Assembly: GCA_903824595.1 (NCBI GenBank)
Contig: CAIJXH010000017.1
Coordinates: 1 to 49,186, forward strand
Direction of reading: 5' to 3'
Origin: an uncultured bacterium
Lineage (GTDB): Bacteria; Patescibacteriota; Minisyncoccia; Phycocordibacterales; UBA2100
Length of the DNA stretch: 49,186 bases
The position numbers were made by a program, and so were the translations under genes. Position 1 is the stretch's first letter. Each line of letters opens with the position of its first letter. The notes beneath the pieces are model-generated. The model searched no databases. It worked only from the letters and a program-made list of their open reading frames with translations, and was not told the DNA's origin. Of this stretch, positions 8,075 to 18,123 are shown piece by piece.

Positions 8075-8874
8075 TACTCGACGGCAAAGCCATAGCTGAA
8101 GACATGTATGTGGATCTCGCTCCGTGCTATGCGATGCTCGGTACATGTGTGCGGTTGGGGATTGTCGTTGTGGGGAATGATCCCGTGATTGAGTCTTTTG
8201 TGCGGATAAAATCGCGGAGCGCGGCGCGTCTCGGAGTTGATGTGGTACGCGTGAATTTGTCTGACAAGGTGCAGACGACGGAAGTGATTGCGGAAATTGA
8301 AACGTTGTCGCGTGTGGCGAACGGTATCATTGTGCAATTGCCGCTTCCTGTACCTATTGATACCAACGCGGTGCTTTCAGCGATTCCGCCAGAGAAGGAT
8401 GTAGATGCGATCAATCCACGTATAGCTGATGAAGATAGACGGGTACGTGCGCCTGTCGCGCTCGCCGTTGTCGAGTTGCTTGCACGGGGAAGTGTCGATC
8501 CGCGCGACAAACGAGTCATCGTTGCTGGTTCGGGGCGCCTCGTGGGCGCGCCTGCCGCGTCCTTGCTCGCGAGTCTCGGCGCCCGCGTATCGTTTTTCAC
8601 GCGTACTGAAGGATCGATCGATGATCTCAAGAATGCCGATATTATTGTCCTTGGCATGGGTGATCCGGCTTTTATAAAACCAGAACATCTCAAGGAGGGT
8701 GTTGCGCTTATAGATGCGGCAACGAGCGAACAGGCGGGCAAGGTTGTTGGTGACGCCGATCCTGCGTGTGCTTCAAAAACATCTCTTTTTACGCCCGTTC
8801 CCGGCGGCGTGGGACCGGTGGCGGTGGCGATGATATTCAAGAATTTGCTTGTGTTGGCGCAATGCGCATCATAA
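8071..8874 (+). CDS. folD: Methylenetetrahydrofolate dehydrogenase/cyclohydrolase
   Basis: MILDGKAIA, GIIVQLPLP, EKDVD and TPVPGGVGP motifs; ATGA overlap with the upstream stop. Confidence 0.92.
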   Translation: MILDGKAIAEDMYVDLAPCYAMLGTCVRLGIVVVGNDPVIESFVRIKSRSAARLGVDVVRVNLSDKVQTTEVIAEIETLSRVANGIIVQLPLPVPIDTNAVLSAIPPEKDVDAINPRIADEDRRVRAPVALAVVELLARGSVDPRDKRVIVAGSGRLVGAPAASLLASLGARVSFFTRTEGSIDDLKNADIIVLGMGDPAFIKPEHLKEGVALIDAATSEQAGKVVGDADPACASKTSLFTPVPGGVGPVAVAMIFKNLLVLAQCAS

Positions 8875-8937
8875 CCTTCAAAAGGTGAACATGTGTCATG
8901 TGTTGCAAAAATCTCCATTTTAGGTACTCTTCTGCCC

Positions 8938-10254
8938 ATGGCTCAAAAGAGATTTGCTGCGATTTTTGTCCTGCTTGTTGGAGTGGGTGTGGGGTGGTTT
9001 GTATATAGCTCGCAAATTCACGCGACGCGCCCTTTCAAGCTCGGACTCGATCTCTCTGGGGGCACGCAGCTTGTGTATCGTGCCAAAGTGGATGCGATCA
9101 AGTCGTCGGACATTGAGGGTTCGATGGCATCTTTGCGCGATACGATCGAACGCCGAGTCAATCTTTTCGGAGTATCGGAACCAATCGTGCAGACGGAGCA
9201 GGCGAGCGCGCTCGGTGGCAATGAACATCGTCTCATCGTGGAGCTCCCCGGCGTGACAGACACGGAGAAAGCGATCGAGCTGATCGGTCAGACGCCTGTT
9301 CTTGAATTTCGTATGCTCAAGCCGAATGCTTCTGTGCCGAGCGATTTTTCCGCATCGAGCATCAGTGCTGCGTTTGAAGCCCCTGCGATCACAGGCAAGA
9401 ATCTGAAGAGTGCCGAGCTTCAATTTCAGGGCGGTATGGGACGTCTCACGCAGCCAGTGGTCGTACTGCATTTTGATTCCTCGGGTTCTTCCGCATTTGC
9501 GCTACTTACCAAGCAGAATGTGGGTCGCGTATTTGGTATTTTTCTCGATGGGCAACCGATCTCTACGCCCGTTATTCGAGAAGAGATTCCCGATGGGACT
9601 GCGGTTATTTCTGGTGGTTTTTCTGTCGAAGATGCAAAGACTCTTTCTCGCAATCTCAATTACGGCGCATTGCCTGTGCCGATCGAGCTTATTTCTACGC
9701 AGACGGTCTCTGGAACATTGGGAGATAAAGCGGTGCGCGACGGTGTGATGGCGGGCTTGTGGGGCGTGGGTGTCGTGGGGTTTTTCATGATGCTCTGGTA
9801 TCGCGTACCAGGAGTGCTCGCGGTGGTCGCTCTTGCGATGTATGTCGTCATGGTTCTTGCGTTGTTCAAACTTATCCCCGTCACGCTCACCGCCGCTGGT
9901 ATTGCCGCTTTTATTCTCTCTGTTGGTATGGCAGTGGATGCAAACATTCTTATTTTCGAGCGCGTGAAAGAAGAACGTCGCTCGGGTAAGGATATGGAGG
10001 TGGCTATTCAAGATGGTTTTGCGCGTGCATGGCCATCTATCCGCGACAGCAACATCTCTTCGCTCATCACGGCAACGATCCTCTTCTGGTTTGGTTCGTC
10101 GCTTATCAAAGGATTCGCGCTCGTCTTCGGGCTCGGTGTGATTATTTCGATGATCACGGCGATTTCGATTTCACGCACGTTTCTCTTGGCGCTCGGCGTC
10201 GGAGGAAAAAATGCGTTTACGCGATTTTTGCTCGGATCGGGCATCTCACACTAA
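8938..10254 (+). CDS. secD: Protein translocase subunit SecD
   Basis: KLGLDLSGG, RRVNLFGVSEP, GALPVP and GMAVDANILIFER motifs. Confidence 0.96.
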   Translation: MAQKRFAAIFVLLVGVGVGWFVYSSQIHATRPFKLGLDLSGGTQLVYRAKVDAIKSSDIEGSMASLRDTIERRVNLFGVSEPIVQTEQASALGGNEHRLIVELPGVTDTEKAIELIGQTPVLEFRMLKPNASVPSDFSASSISAAFEAPAITGKNLKSAELQFQGGMGRLTQPVVVLHFDSSGSSAFALLTKQNVGRVFGIFLDGQPISTPVIREEIPDGTAVISGGFSVEDAKTLSRNLNYGALPVPIELISTQTVSGTLGDKAVRDGVMAGLWGVGVVGFFMMLWYRVPGVLAVVALAMYVVMVLALFKLIPVTLTAAGIAAFILSVGMAVDANILIFERVKEERRSGKDMEVAIQDGFARAWPSIRDSNISSLITATILFWFGSSLIKGFALVFGLGVIISMITAISISRTFLLALGVGGKNAFTRFLLGSGISH

Positions 10255-10260
10255 TCTCAT

Positions 10261-11172
10261 ATGATCATCGTCATCTACAGAAAATTGTTCTTCGCGATCA
10301 CAGCACTGCTTGTACTCGCTTCTGTCGCGTCGATTGCGGTGTTTGGCTTGCGTCTCGGCACCGATTTTACGGGCGGCACATTGATACAGGCGACGTATGC
10401 GGGAGGACGTCCGACACCCGAAGCGCTCCAGCGGTCGCTCGACACGGCTGGCTTCAATGGTTATTCGCTTCGCGAAGCAGGATCGAATGATTACGTGGTC
10501 CGCGCCGCCAACCTCACGGAGATCGAACGCACTGATTTGCCTCAAATTCTCTCGGTCGGCGGTATGTATCCTGCGACGATCAGCCAGCTTACCGAGGTAG
10601 GTCCTACCATCGGTGCCGAACTTCGTAGTAAAGCGCTTATCGCGCTCACGCTCGTGCTGCTCGCGATTCTTTTGTTTATCGCGTTTGCGTTTAGAAAAGT
10701 GTCGCAGCCTGTTTCATCGTGGACATACGGACTGATCGCGCTCATTACGCTCGTGCACGACGTGATCGTGCCCGTTGGTTTCTATGCCATGCTCGGACAC
10801 TTTTTCGGCGCACAGGTGGATTCGCTCTTTGTGACTGCGGTTCTCACCGTGCTCGGCTTTTCCATTCACGATACAATCGTCGTCTTCGATCGAGTACGTG
10901 AGAATTTGCGTGTGAATAAAGACAGGGGAAGGCGCGAGGATTTTGCGGAGACCGCCGGTCGTTCGCTCAATCAGACGTTTGTGCGCTCGATCAACACGTC
11001 GCTCACGGTTGTTTTCACACTCTTCGTTTTATATCACATGGGTCCGGCATCCACGCGTGACTTTTCTCTTACGCTTCTCGTGGGTATTATTGCTGGTACG
11101 TATTCATCGATCTTTCTCGCGACGCCGCTTTTGGTGAGCGCGGAGCGATATCTCGCGCGGAAGCGCGCATGA
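10261..11172 (+). CDS. secF: Protein translocase subunit SecF
   Basis: LGTDFTGG, VGPTIG, GFSIHDTIVVFDRVRE, RSINTS and GTYSSIFLA motifs. Confidence 0.96.
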   Translation: MIIVIYRKLFFAITALLVLASVASIAVFGLRLGTDFTGGTLIQATYAGGRPTPEALQRSLDTAGFNGYSLREAGSNDYVVRAANLTEIERTDLPQILSVGGMYPATISQLTEVGPTIGAELRSKALIALTLVLLAILLFIAFAFRKVSQPVSSWTYGLIALITLVHDVIVPVGFYAMLGHFFGAQVDSLFVTAVLTVLGFSIHDTIVVFDRVRENLRVNKDRGRREDFAETAGRSLNQTFVRSINTSLTVVFTLFVLYHMGPASTRDFSLTLLVGIIAGTYSSIFLATPLLVSAERYLARKRA

Positions 11173-11897
11173 TCCGCACGCTTGGCATAGTCGGCTACGG
11201 TGCGTTTGGCACACTGCTTTCTACGCTCGCCAAGCGTTTTGTGCCGAACATTGATGTGCGCGTGTATTCCTTGCGCAAAGAGCCTGATGGCGTCACGTTC
11301 TTTTCGCTGGCTGATACGGCGTCGTCTGATGTGGTGGTGCTTGCGGTGCCTATTCATGCGTTTGAGAACAAGCTCAAAGAAATACTGCCGCTCATGCGAA
11401 CGGACGGTATTATCGTCGACGTGGCGACGGTCAAAGCGCATACGGTCGAGGTGTTGCGGCGGCTGGCGGGCAACCGCCGCTGGATTGCAACGCATCCAAT
11501 GTGGGGTCCTGAGAGCTACAAAAAGAAACACGGTGACGTGACGGGGTTTCGCGTTGTTATAACCGAGCATACACTCGAAATACAAGACGTTGACGCGCTT
11601 TCTCGTTTCCTTTCCCTATGCGGATTCACGGTTGTTTCGATGAACGCCGATCAGCACGACATTCATCTTGCCGAGACGCTCTTTCTGACGCATTTCATCG
11701 GACAAATTATCGCGCGTTCTGGATTTGATCGTACGCCAATCGACACTGCTTCTTTTGGGTATATCATGGACGCGGTCGAGAGTGTGAAAAATGATGAAGC
11801 GTTGTTCCGCGACGTGTTTCGATACAATCCGTATTGCAAAGAGGTGCTGGAGCGGTTTGGGGAGGGGGAGGAAGCGGTGCGGAAGCTGCTGGGGTAG
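11169..11897 (+). CDS. tyrA: Prephenate/arogenate dehydrogenase family protein
   Basis: GIVGYGAFG Rossmann motif, DVATVK, THPMWGP and QHD motifs. Confidence 0.8.
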   Translation: MIRTLGIVGYGAFGTLLSTLAKRFVPNIDVRVYSLRKEPDGVTFFSLADTASSDVVVLAVPIHAFENKLKEILPLMRTDGIIVDVATVKAHTVEVLRRLAGNRRWIATHPMWGPESYKKKHGDVTGFRVVITEHTLEIQDVDALSRFLSLCGFTVVSMNADQHDIHLAETLFLTHFIGQIIARSGFDRTPIDTASFGYIMDAVESVKNDEALFRDVFRYNPYCKEVLERFGEGEEAVRKLLG

Positions 11898-11911
11898 CGT
11901 ACAATGTGCCT

Positions 11912-12586
11912 ATGAAGCTGAAAAAGAAGCACTCGATTGATGAACTGGTGATCTACCAGGCAAAAGACGGAGCGATTGAGCTGCGGGGCGATGTGTCGCG
12001 TGATACGATATGGGCTTCCCTTGATCAGATCGCTCAAATCTTTGGTCGTGACAGGTCGGTGATATCTCGCCACTTGAAGAACATATATAATGAAGGAGAA
12101 TTGAAAGCGACACTAACTGTTGCAAAAAATGCAACAGTTCAAATCGAAGGCAGTCGTCAAGTCGTTCGTACTATTGAATATTATAATCTCGACGCCATTC
12201 TTTCCGTCGGGTATCGGGTGAATTCCAATACCGCGACACAATTCCGTCAGTGGGCGACGCGTATCCTCCGCGAGCACATCACGTGCGGCTACACCATCAA
12301 CCGAAAACGCATTGGCAGTAATTACGATGCGTTCATGAAAGCCGTCGCCGACGTACAGACGCTGTTGCCGGAACATATCACGCTCGACCCGAAAGCGGTA
12401 CTCGATCTCTGGAATCCTAGAGGCGACACCTCTAGGATGGATTACAGATTGCGCACATATACATCGACTTTCTTGTATGACGTGAGAATAATGAGTTTGT
12501 CTCGGTGTTCACGGACGAGTGCCTGGATTTTCGGTCTTGCGGTGAAATGGCGACGGATGATGTCGAAGAAGAACAGAATCTCTTGA
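11912..12586 (+). pseudogene. RhuM-family (virulence/DNA-binding) protein, apparently 3'-truncated near 12410
   Basis: TIWASLDQIAQIF, ISRHLKNIY and YYNLDAILSVGYRVNS..ATQFRQWA motifs. After a palindrome at 12414 the frame runs antisense into the next gene. Confidence 0.72.
12414..12438. repeat. REP-like palindrome, copy 1
   Basis: atcctagagg-cgaca-cctctaggat; related copy at 27440-27472. Confidence 0.75.
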
Positions 12587-12945
12587 CGCAACGTGAGTTC
12601 TTTGTGTCTATCGGCATATCCGATGCGCGTTGTGTGATTGATGAGTCGCCGCCAGAGGGGAATATCGAGAAAAATAATGGTATCGGCTCGTGCGGCGATT
12701 TCCGGCTGAATGCGCGAGTAGAATCCATCCGAGACCCACGATTCTTTCCCGATTGCTTCGAGTGTTTTCTCTCGGATATATGCTCGCACGTTCTCAATGT
12801 TGGGTGTGGTGCGGCTGTTTCTTTGCCCGCCCGCTTCAAACCAAAATCGATCGAGGTGAATGTGCGGTATGTCGAGCTTTTTACTGATTCTCTCCGCCAG
12901 TGTTGTCTTGCCGCTCCCTGGCATGCCGATGATGCTGATGCGCAT
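12442..12945 (-). CDS. Adenylate-kinase-like P-loop protein (FlaR/topology-modulation family)
   Basis: MRISIIGMPGSGKTTLA, HLDRFW, WVSDG and ADTIIFLD motifs; TATTAT 6 nt before ATG 12945. Confidence 0.85.
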   Translation of the reverse strand: MRISIIGMPGSGKTTLAERISKKLDIPHIHLDRFWFEAGGQRNSRTTPNIENVRAYIREKTLEAIGKESWVSDGFYSRIQPEIAARADTIIFLDIPLWRRLINHTTRIGYADRHKELTLRQEILFFFDIIRRHFTARPKIQALVREHRDKLIILTSYKKVDVYVRNL

Positions 12946-13030
12946 GACGACATAATACTTGGGATTGAGAAAGAAATCGATATAGCCATGCGGCATTCGC
13001 TCATTACCCTGCCATGATATACTGCATACA

Positions 13031-14173
13031 ATGGTTTCTTTTCTCGATTCTATAACGAATGTGTTTGCGGGCTCATCGCATGAAAGCGTTGTGGGAATAG
13101 ACATAGGGGCCGCATCGGTGAAAATGGTGCAGTGCCGTGCTTCTCGAGGAAGTGCGATTCTTGAAACATATGGTGAAATAGCGCTTGGTCCGTACGCGCG
13201 CCAACCTATCGGAAAAGCAGTGCGATTGCCGCCCAACGATATGACTGAAGCGCTGCGTACGCTTATGAAAGAAGCGAATGTAACCGCGAAACATGCCAAT
13301 ATATCAATACCGTTTGCCTCAAGCCTCATATCGGTTATCGATTTTCCTGTAGTCGATTCGGCTACGTTGAAAACAATGCTTCCTATTGAGGCGCGCAAAT
13401 ATATTCCCGTTCCTATTTCCGAAGTTACGCTCGATTGGATGGTCGTACCTGAGGACGAGCAAGATGGAAGTGCGTTTGACAGAATTACGAAGGTTGCGAC
13501 GCAAAAAAATGTCAAGAAACAGCGCATTGTGTTGGTGGCGGTGCAAAACAGTACGCTGTCTGATTATCGAACCATCACCACGGCAGCAGGGCTTGACAGT
13601 GATTTTTATGAAATTGAGATATTTAGCGCTGTTCGTTCATCCAATAAACATTCGATCGCGCCAGCGCTCTTCGCCGATATAGGGGCGTCTACCACCAAGC
13701 TCTATGTGGTTGAGCGCGGTATTGTGCGTCTCGCGCATTTGGTGACGGTCGGAGGGCAGCAGATCACTGATACGCTTGCTCGATCCCTTGGGTGGGAATT
13801 TGAGAAAGCAGAGAGAATCAAGCGCGAATGCGGGCTGCATGGTTCCTCTGCGTTCTCTGTCGATGAGAATGAGAAAATAAAGATGGCATTGTTATCAACA
13901 CTCGGTCGTGTATTTTCTGAAGTGAATCGCGTATTATTGAGCTACGGGCAGCGATACAACAAGAATGTATCGCGCGTCGTCCTTACAGGCGGCGGCGCGT
14001 CGCTTCCCGGTATCGCAGATCAGGCAAAAGCCTCGTTGAATGCCGAAGTAGAGATTGCCGATCCTTTTTCACGAGTAGAGGCGCCTGCGTTTATGAGCGG
14101 TGTATTGCATGATATTGGTCCTTGTTTTGCGGTAGCTATGGGGCTTGTACTGCACGCGATGAAAGAATCATAG
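13031..14173 (+). CDS. pilM: Type IV pilus assembly protein PilM
   Basis: Actin-like motifs VGIDIG, EARKYIP, DIGASTT and LTGGGA; first gene of the pilus cluster. Confidence 0.92.
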   Translation: MVSFLDSITNVFAGSSHESVVGIDIGAASVKMVQCRASRGSAILETYGEIALGPYARQPIGKAVRLPPNDMTEALRTLMKEANVTAKHANISIPFASSLISVIDFPVVDSATLKTMLPIEARKYIPVPISEVTLDWMVVPEDEQDGSAFDRITKVATQKNVKKQRIVLVAVQNSTLSDYRTITTAAGLDSDFYEIEIFSAVRSSNKHSIAPALFADIGASTTKLYVVERGIVRLAHLVTVGGQQITDTLARSLGWEFEKAERIKRECGLHGSSAFSVDENEKIKMALLSTLGRVFSEVNRVLLSYGQRYNKNVSRVVLTGGGASLPGIADQAKASLNAEVEIADPFSRVEAPAFMSGVLHDIGPCFAVAMGLVLHAMKES

Positions 14174-14180
14174 AAAATTT

Positions 14181-14876
14181 ATGCCAACCAACCCTATTCC
14201 AAAACCTTCGTTCATACCGCATGAGGCGCCTCAAATGCGTCCAACTGCCGATTCGGCAAGCATGGCAGATTTCTTCATGCTCATCTCGATCGTGCTCATG
14301 GTCGCTTCACTCGGATTGGGTGCGGGTGTATTTCTCTATCAGCAGTATGTGGATACCAGTAACACATCGAAACTCAAGCAATTAGGGACTGTAAAAGACG
14401 CGCTTGAACCTTCGTTTGTAGAAAAATGCACCAAGCTCGATGATCGTATGCAAGTGGCGGGAAAGCTTCTATCTCGGCACGAAGCTTTTTCATTGGTGTT
14501 TAGCGCGCTTCAACAAACGACCATCAAGACCGTCTCGTTCAAATCTCTCATGATAACAAGCGATGATGGCGGAGCAATTTCATTCAAGATGGACGGAGTG
14601 ACCAATAGCATCAACTCGATTGCGCTTCAAGCCGATTTGTTTGGCAAGACTGGTTTCATGAAAGACATTATTTTTTCAGGCATCACACGATCTTCCGATG
14701 GAGTGCATTTTTCGGTGACAGGTGAGCTCAGTCCTGCCGATATACGGTATGCACAGGTGGTGAGCGCCGCGGTGCCTGCATCAGATACGTCGAGCGGGCC
14801 GCCGCTTTCATCGCCGAGCGTGTCTTCTGGGGGTGAAGGTGGAGATTCTTCGGCAAAGTCAGCACAAACAAACTAA
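14181..14876 (+). CDS. PilN-like pilus alignment protein
   Basis: Single N-terminal TM and coiled coil; lies between pilM and pilO. Confidence 0.7.
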   Translation: MPTNPIPKPSFIPHEAPQMRPTADSASMADFFMLISIVLMVASLGLGAGVFLYQQYVDTSNTSKLKQLGTVKDALEPSFVEKCTKLDDRMQVAGKLLSRHEAFSLVFSALQQTTIKTVSFKSLMITSDDGGAISFKMDGVTNSINSIALQADLFGKTGFMKDIIFSGITRSSDGVHFSVTGELSPADIRYAQVVSAAVPASDTSSGPPLSSPSVSSGGEGGDSSAKSAQTN

Positions 14877-14880
14877 TTAT

Positions 14881-15453
14881 ATGGGAAAAATAATCTTTTC
14901 ATTGTGCAGTCTTGGGGTCGCGGGGGCAACGCTCTTTCTGTATACCCAGCCAACCTACGATAACGTAAAAGTCCTTGAGAATCAGAGTTCTGAATATTCA
15001 CAGGCTCTTGCTAAGGCAAGAGAATTGCAAGAATTGAAAAAAAGCCTCCTCGATCGCTACAATTCATTTGAGCCGGGAGATCTCGATCGATTGAATAGGT
15101 CGTTGCCTGATCATGTCGACAACGTGCGTCTCGTTCTCGATCTTGACAATCTTGCTTCAAAACACCGCATGTCGCTTGAAAATGTTGCGATTGGACAAGC
15201 GGCAAAAAATTCCAGCCAGAGCGCATCGGTTGGCGCCGCGCAGCCTATTGGTAAAAATGATCAGAAATACGATTCGCTCACGCTTAGTTTTACTATGCAT
15301 GGCACGTACGAGGATTTCACCGCATTTCTCAAGGATATTGAATCAAGTCTCCGTATTGTAGACGTGGTGTCTTTGGGTATTGTCCCTGATTCATCGCAAG
15401 CGGTTGGTCAGTATCAATACGATATGATGATACGCACCTATTGGCTCAAATAA
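14881..15453 (+). CDS. pilO: Type IV pilus assembly protein PilO
   Basis: TM plus coiled coil, SLPD and GTYEDFTAFLKDIESSLRIVDV motifs. Confidence 0.85.
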   Translation: MGKIIFSLCSLGVAGATLFLYTQPTYDNVKVLENQSSEYSQALAKARELQELKKSLLDRYNSFEPGDLDRLNRSLPDHVDNVRLVLDLDNLASKHRMSLENVAIGQAAKNSSQSASVGAAQPIGKNDQKYDSLTLSFTMHGTYEDFTAFLKDIESSLRIVDVVSLGIVPDSSQAVGQYQYDMMIRTYWLK

Positions 15454-15457
15454 GCAT

Positions 15458-15826
15458 ATGGAATTCTTATCTCAAAATAAAATGCTCGTGATAGGTCTGG
15501 TCGTGCTCGTTGCTGGGTGCGTGGTGTGGTTTGGAGTGCTTGGTTCTGGCGGGAATGCCCCCGCTCTTCTCACCACGGAACGCGTAGCTGATGCAAACGT
15601 GGCAACCGATGCAGATTTAGTCGCAGCTCTCAAGCGGCTTCATGCGGTAACACTGTCTGGTTCGATCTTCTCTGATCCGCTGTTTGCGAGTTTGCATGAT
15701 TTCAGCACACAAATCGTCCCAGAAGCGATAGGAAGAGATAATCCGTTTGCGCCTCTCACCGTAGTGTCGCCTGCCACGACGACACTATCTCCGAAACTGT
15801 TTTCGCCATCGCGCAAGAAGTACTAG
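15458..15826 (+). CDS. Small membrane protein in the PilP position
   Basis: N-terminal TM, GRDNPF motif, synteny. Confidence 0.7.
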   Translation: MEFLSQNKMLVIGLVVLVAGCVVWFGVLGSGGNAPALLTTERVADANVATDADLVAALKRLHAVTLSGSIFSDPLFASLHDFSTQIVPEAIGRDNPFAPLTVVSPATTTLSPKLFSPSRKKY

Positions 15827-15827
15827 T

Positions 15828-17510
15828 ATGGCAGACGTACATGCTCATGATGCTCCGTTTGCGCAAGGAGACATGCGATCACTCGATGATGCGCCTGTGC
15901 CGCAAGAAGTATTGCGATACATTCCGGAAGAAACCGCGGGAAATTATCATCTCGTGCCGCTTGGTGTCGTAGACGGAGTGCTCGAGATTGGCATGGTCGA
16001 TCCGACTGATATTTCTGGATTTGACGCCCTCAATTTTATCGCGCGAACGACGGGTATGCCGTTCAAGGTGTATCAGATTTCACAAGGTGATTTTGAAAAG
16101 GTGTTTGCATCGTATCACGGTATCGGAGGTGATGTGGATAGGGCGCTCACGGAGCTAAAAACGGTGCAAGAAACAAAAAAAGATAGCAGAAACGATTTTG
16201 ATACCGAGTCGGCGCCGCTTGATCTCAATGATCCAGATGTCAAGCGGTCGTCTACCACGAAGGAGCCAGTCAACGAGATCACAGAAAATGCGCCTACTAT
16301 AAAGATGGTCTCGACAATTTTGCGATATGCAATCGATGGAAAAGCGTCCGATGTGCACATTGAACCACAAGGATCAGGCGTGCGCGTGCGCTATCGTGTT
16401 GACGGAGAGCTTCATACCAGTGTCGTACTGCCGATAGGTACTCATCGGGCTCTCGTGGCTCGTATCAAAGTGCTTGCCTCAATCCGCCTCGACGAACAGA
16501 GAAAACCTCAAGATGGGCGTTTCTCCGCATCCATAGACGGCAGATCGATTGACTTCCGTGTCTCCACATTTCCGTCGTCGTATGGAGAAAAGATCGTCAT
16601 ACGTATTTTGGATCGCGATCAGGGGTTTATCGCACTTGGTGACATTGGGTTGTCTGATCGAAATCTCGCGCTCCTGCGCTCGTCAGTCAAGCGGCCGCAC
16701 GGTCTTGTCCTTATTTCAGGTCCTACGGGATCGGGCAAGACAACAACCCTCTACTCGATGCTTTCAGAAGTAGATCGAGAAAAGAAAAACGTACTGTCTC
16801 TCGAAGACCCGATCGAATATTACATGGAGGGCGTGACACAATCTCAAATACGACCAGAAATAGATTACACGTTTGCAAGTGGTTTGCGTACCACGCTGCG
16901 CCAGGATCCTGACGTGATCATGGTGGGGGAAATTCGTGATAGTGAGACGGCAAAACTTGCCATTCAAGCGGCGCTTACTGGGCACCTTGTCCTCTCGACG
17001 ATTCACACCAACAGCGCCGTAGGGACGATTCCTCGTCTTATCGACATGGGAGTCGAGCCTTACCTTATTCCGCCTGTTTTGATAGCTTCGGTCGCGCAGC
17101 GTTTGGTGCGTACGTTTGCGGAAGGGAGTGGAGCCGAGGTTGAAATCACAGCCAGTGATCGGAAGCTTATTGAAGTGCAGATGCAGTCGTTGCCTCTTGA
17201 ACACAGGTTTCCTATTCCTGCCACTGCGTGGGAACCATCCCCGACCGATACGTCGACTACAGGTTTGCGAGGGCGAATGGCGGTGTTTGAAGTATTGGAA
17301 ATGTCCCCGAACATTGAGCGTATCGTGCTAGAAAGCCCTATCGAGTCAAAGCTCTGGACGGTGGCTCGATCGCAAGGTATGCTTACGATGCAGGAGGATG
17401 CGATGATGGCAGCGTTTGCGAAGAAAATTCCATTCTCTGAAGCAAGCAGGCTCTCGACGACCGTTGCTATGGATGAAGAGCCAGCGTCCGCACAAAAAAC
17501 AACGCTATAA
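15828..17510 (+). CDS. pilB: Type IV pilus extension ATPase (PilB/GspE)
   Basis: ASDVHIEP, PQDGR, GPTGSGKTTT, EDPIE, LRQDPDVIMVGEIRD and TGHLVLSTIHTN motifs. Confidence 0.95.
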   Translation: MADVHAHDAPFAQGDMRSLDDAPVPQEVLRYIPEETAGNYHLVPLGVVDGVLEIGMVDPTDISGFDALNFIARTTGMPFKVYQISQGDFEKVFASYHGIGGDVDRALTELKTVQETKKDSRNDFDTESAPLDLNDPDVKRSSTTKEPVNEITENAPTIKMVSTILRYAIDGKASDVHIEPQGSGVRVRYRVDGELHTSVVLPIGTHRALVARIKVLASIRLDEQRKPQDGRFSASIDGRSIDFRVSTFPSSYGEKIVIRILDRDQGFIALGDIGLSDRNLALLRSSVKRPHGLVLISGPTGSGKTTTLYSMLSEVDREKKNVLSLEDPIEYYMEGVTQSQIRPEIDYTFASGLRTTLRQDPDVIMVGEIRDSETAKLAIQAALTGHLVLSTIHTNSAVGTIPRLIDMGVEPYLIPPVLIASVAQRLVRTFAEGSGAEVEITASDRKLIEVQMQSLPLEHRFPIPATAWEPSPTDTSTTGLRGRMAVFEVLEMSPNIERIVLESPIESKLWTVARSQGMLTMQEDAMMAAFAKKIPFSEASRLSTTVAMDEEPASAQKTTL

Positions 17511-17518
17511 TACGCATT

Positions 17519-17926
17519 ATGGAAGAATCAAAGGCACCTCTTAGCATCTTATTGCTTGATGACGACAAGTTTCTCGTCGAGATTTACGGTGAGAAATTCA
17601 CGAAAGCAGGATGTCAGGTACGTGTGTTTGTATCAGTAAAGGAAGCGCTCGATACGTTGCGCAAAGGATTCCGTGTTGACGCGGTCATATTTGACGTGCT
17701 TATGCCAGAATGTAGTGGATTAGTATTTTTGCGACAGGTTATTGATGAGCACTTAGCTCCAGGGGCAGCGCTCATTGCACTGAGTAATCAAAATGATCTT
17801 GCTGATGAGCAGCGCGCAAAAGCAATGGGCGCCGATTTCTATATCGTCAAAGCAAGTCGGATACCGGCAGAAGTCATTAGTACGGTACTCGATGCCATCA
17901 AAGAAAGGAAGCGCAAGACCTCATAA
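17519..17926 (+). CDS. Single-domain response regulator (receiver only)
   Basis: LLDDD, FDVLMP (phospho-Asp), LSN and GADFYIVK motifs. Confidence 0.9.
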   Translation: MEESKAPLSILLLDDDKFLVEIYGEKFTKAGCQVRVFVSVKEALDTLRKGFRVDAVIFDVLMPECSGLVFLRQVIDEHLAPGAALIALSNQNDLADEQRAKAMGADFYIVKASRIPAEVISTVLDAIKERKRKTS

Positions 17927-17929
17927 CTC

Positions 17930-18088
17930 ACGCGTGGATAGTCGGGTACGTATCCCATCACGACACGATTCTCCGAGGTCGGGATTTTTCTGCTGAAAAA
18001 TCCCTCTGTTTCGCGCCGTCGCGCTGCAAAGACCTCGTCGAACATGTCGTGAGGGGATACGCGTGGATAGTCGCTTGTGGATAGTCGC
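17930..18088. repeat. MITE-like / structured intergenic element
   Basis: Imperfect inverted repeats 17949-17980 and 18031-18061; internal hairpin 17981-18004; direct repeats acgcgtggatagtcg at 17930-17944 and 18059-18073; right arm recurs at 35245-35285. Confidence 0.7.
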
Positions 18089-18123
18089 CCCATGACGCGG
18101 GTAGACGCGGTACAATACACGCA

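Noticed and set aside
12946-13527. N-terminal extension of the 361-aa minus-strand ORF
   Set aside because: It is antisense to pilM; the kinase-like sequence begins at Met 12945, which has its own -10 box.
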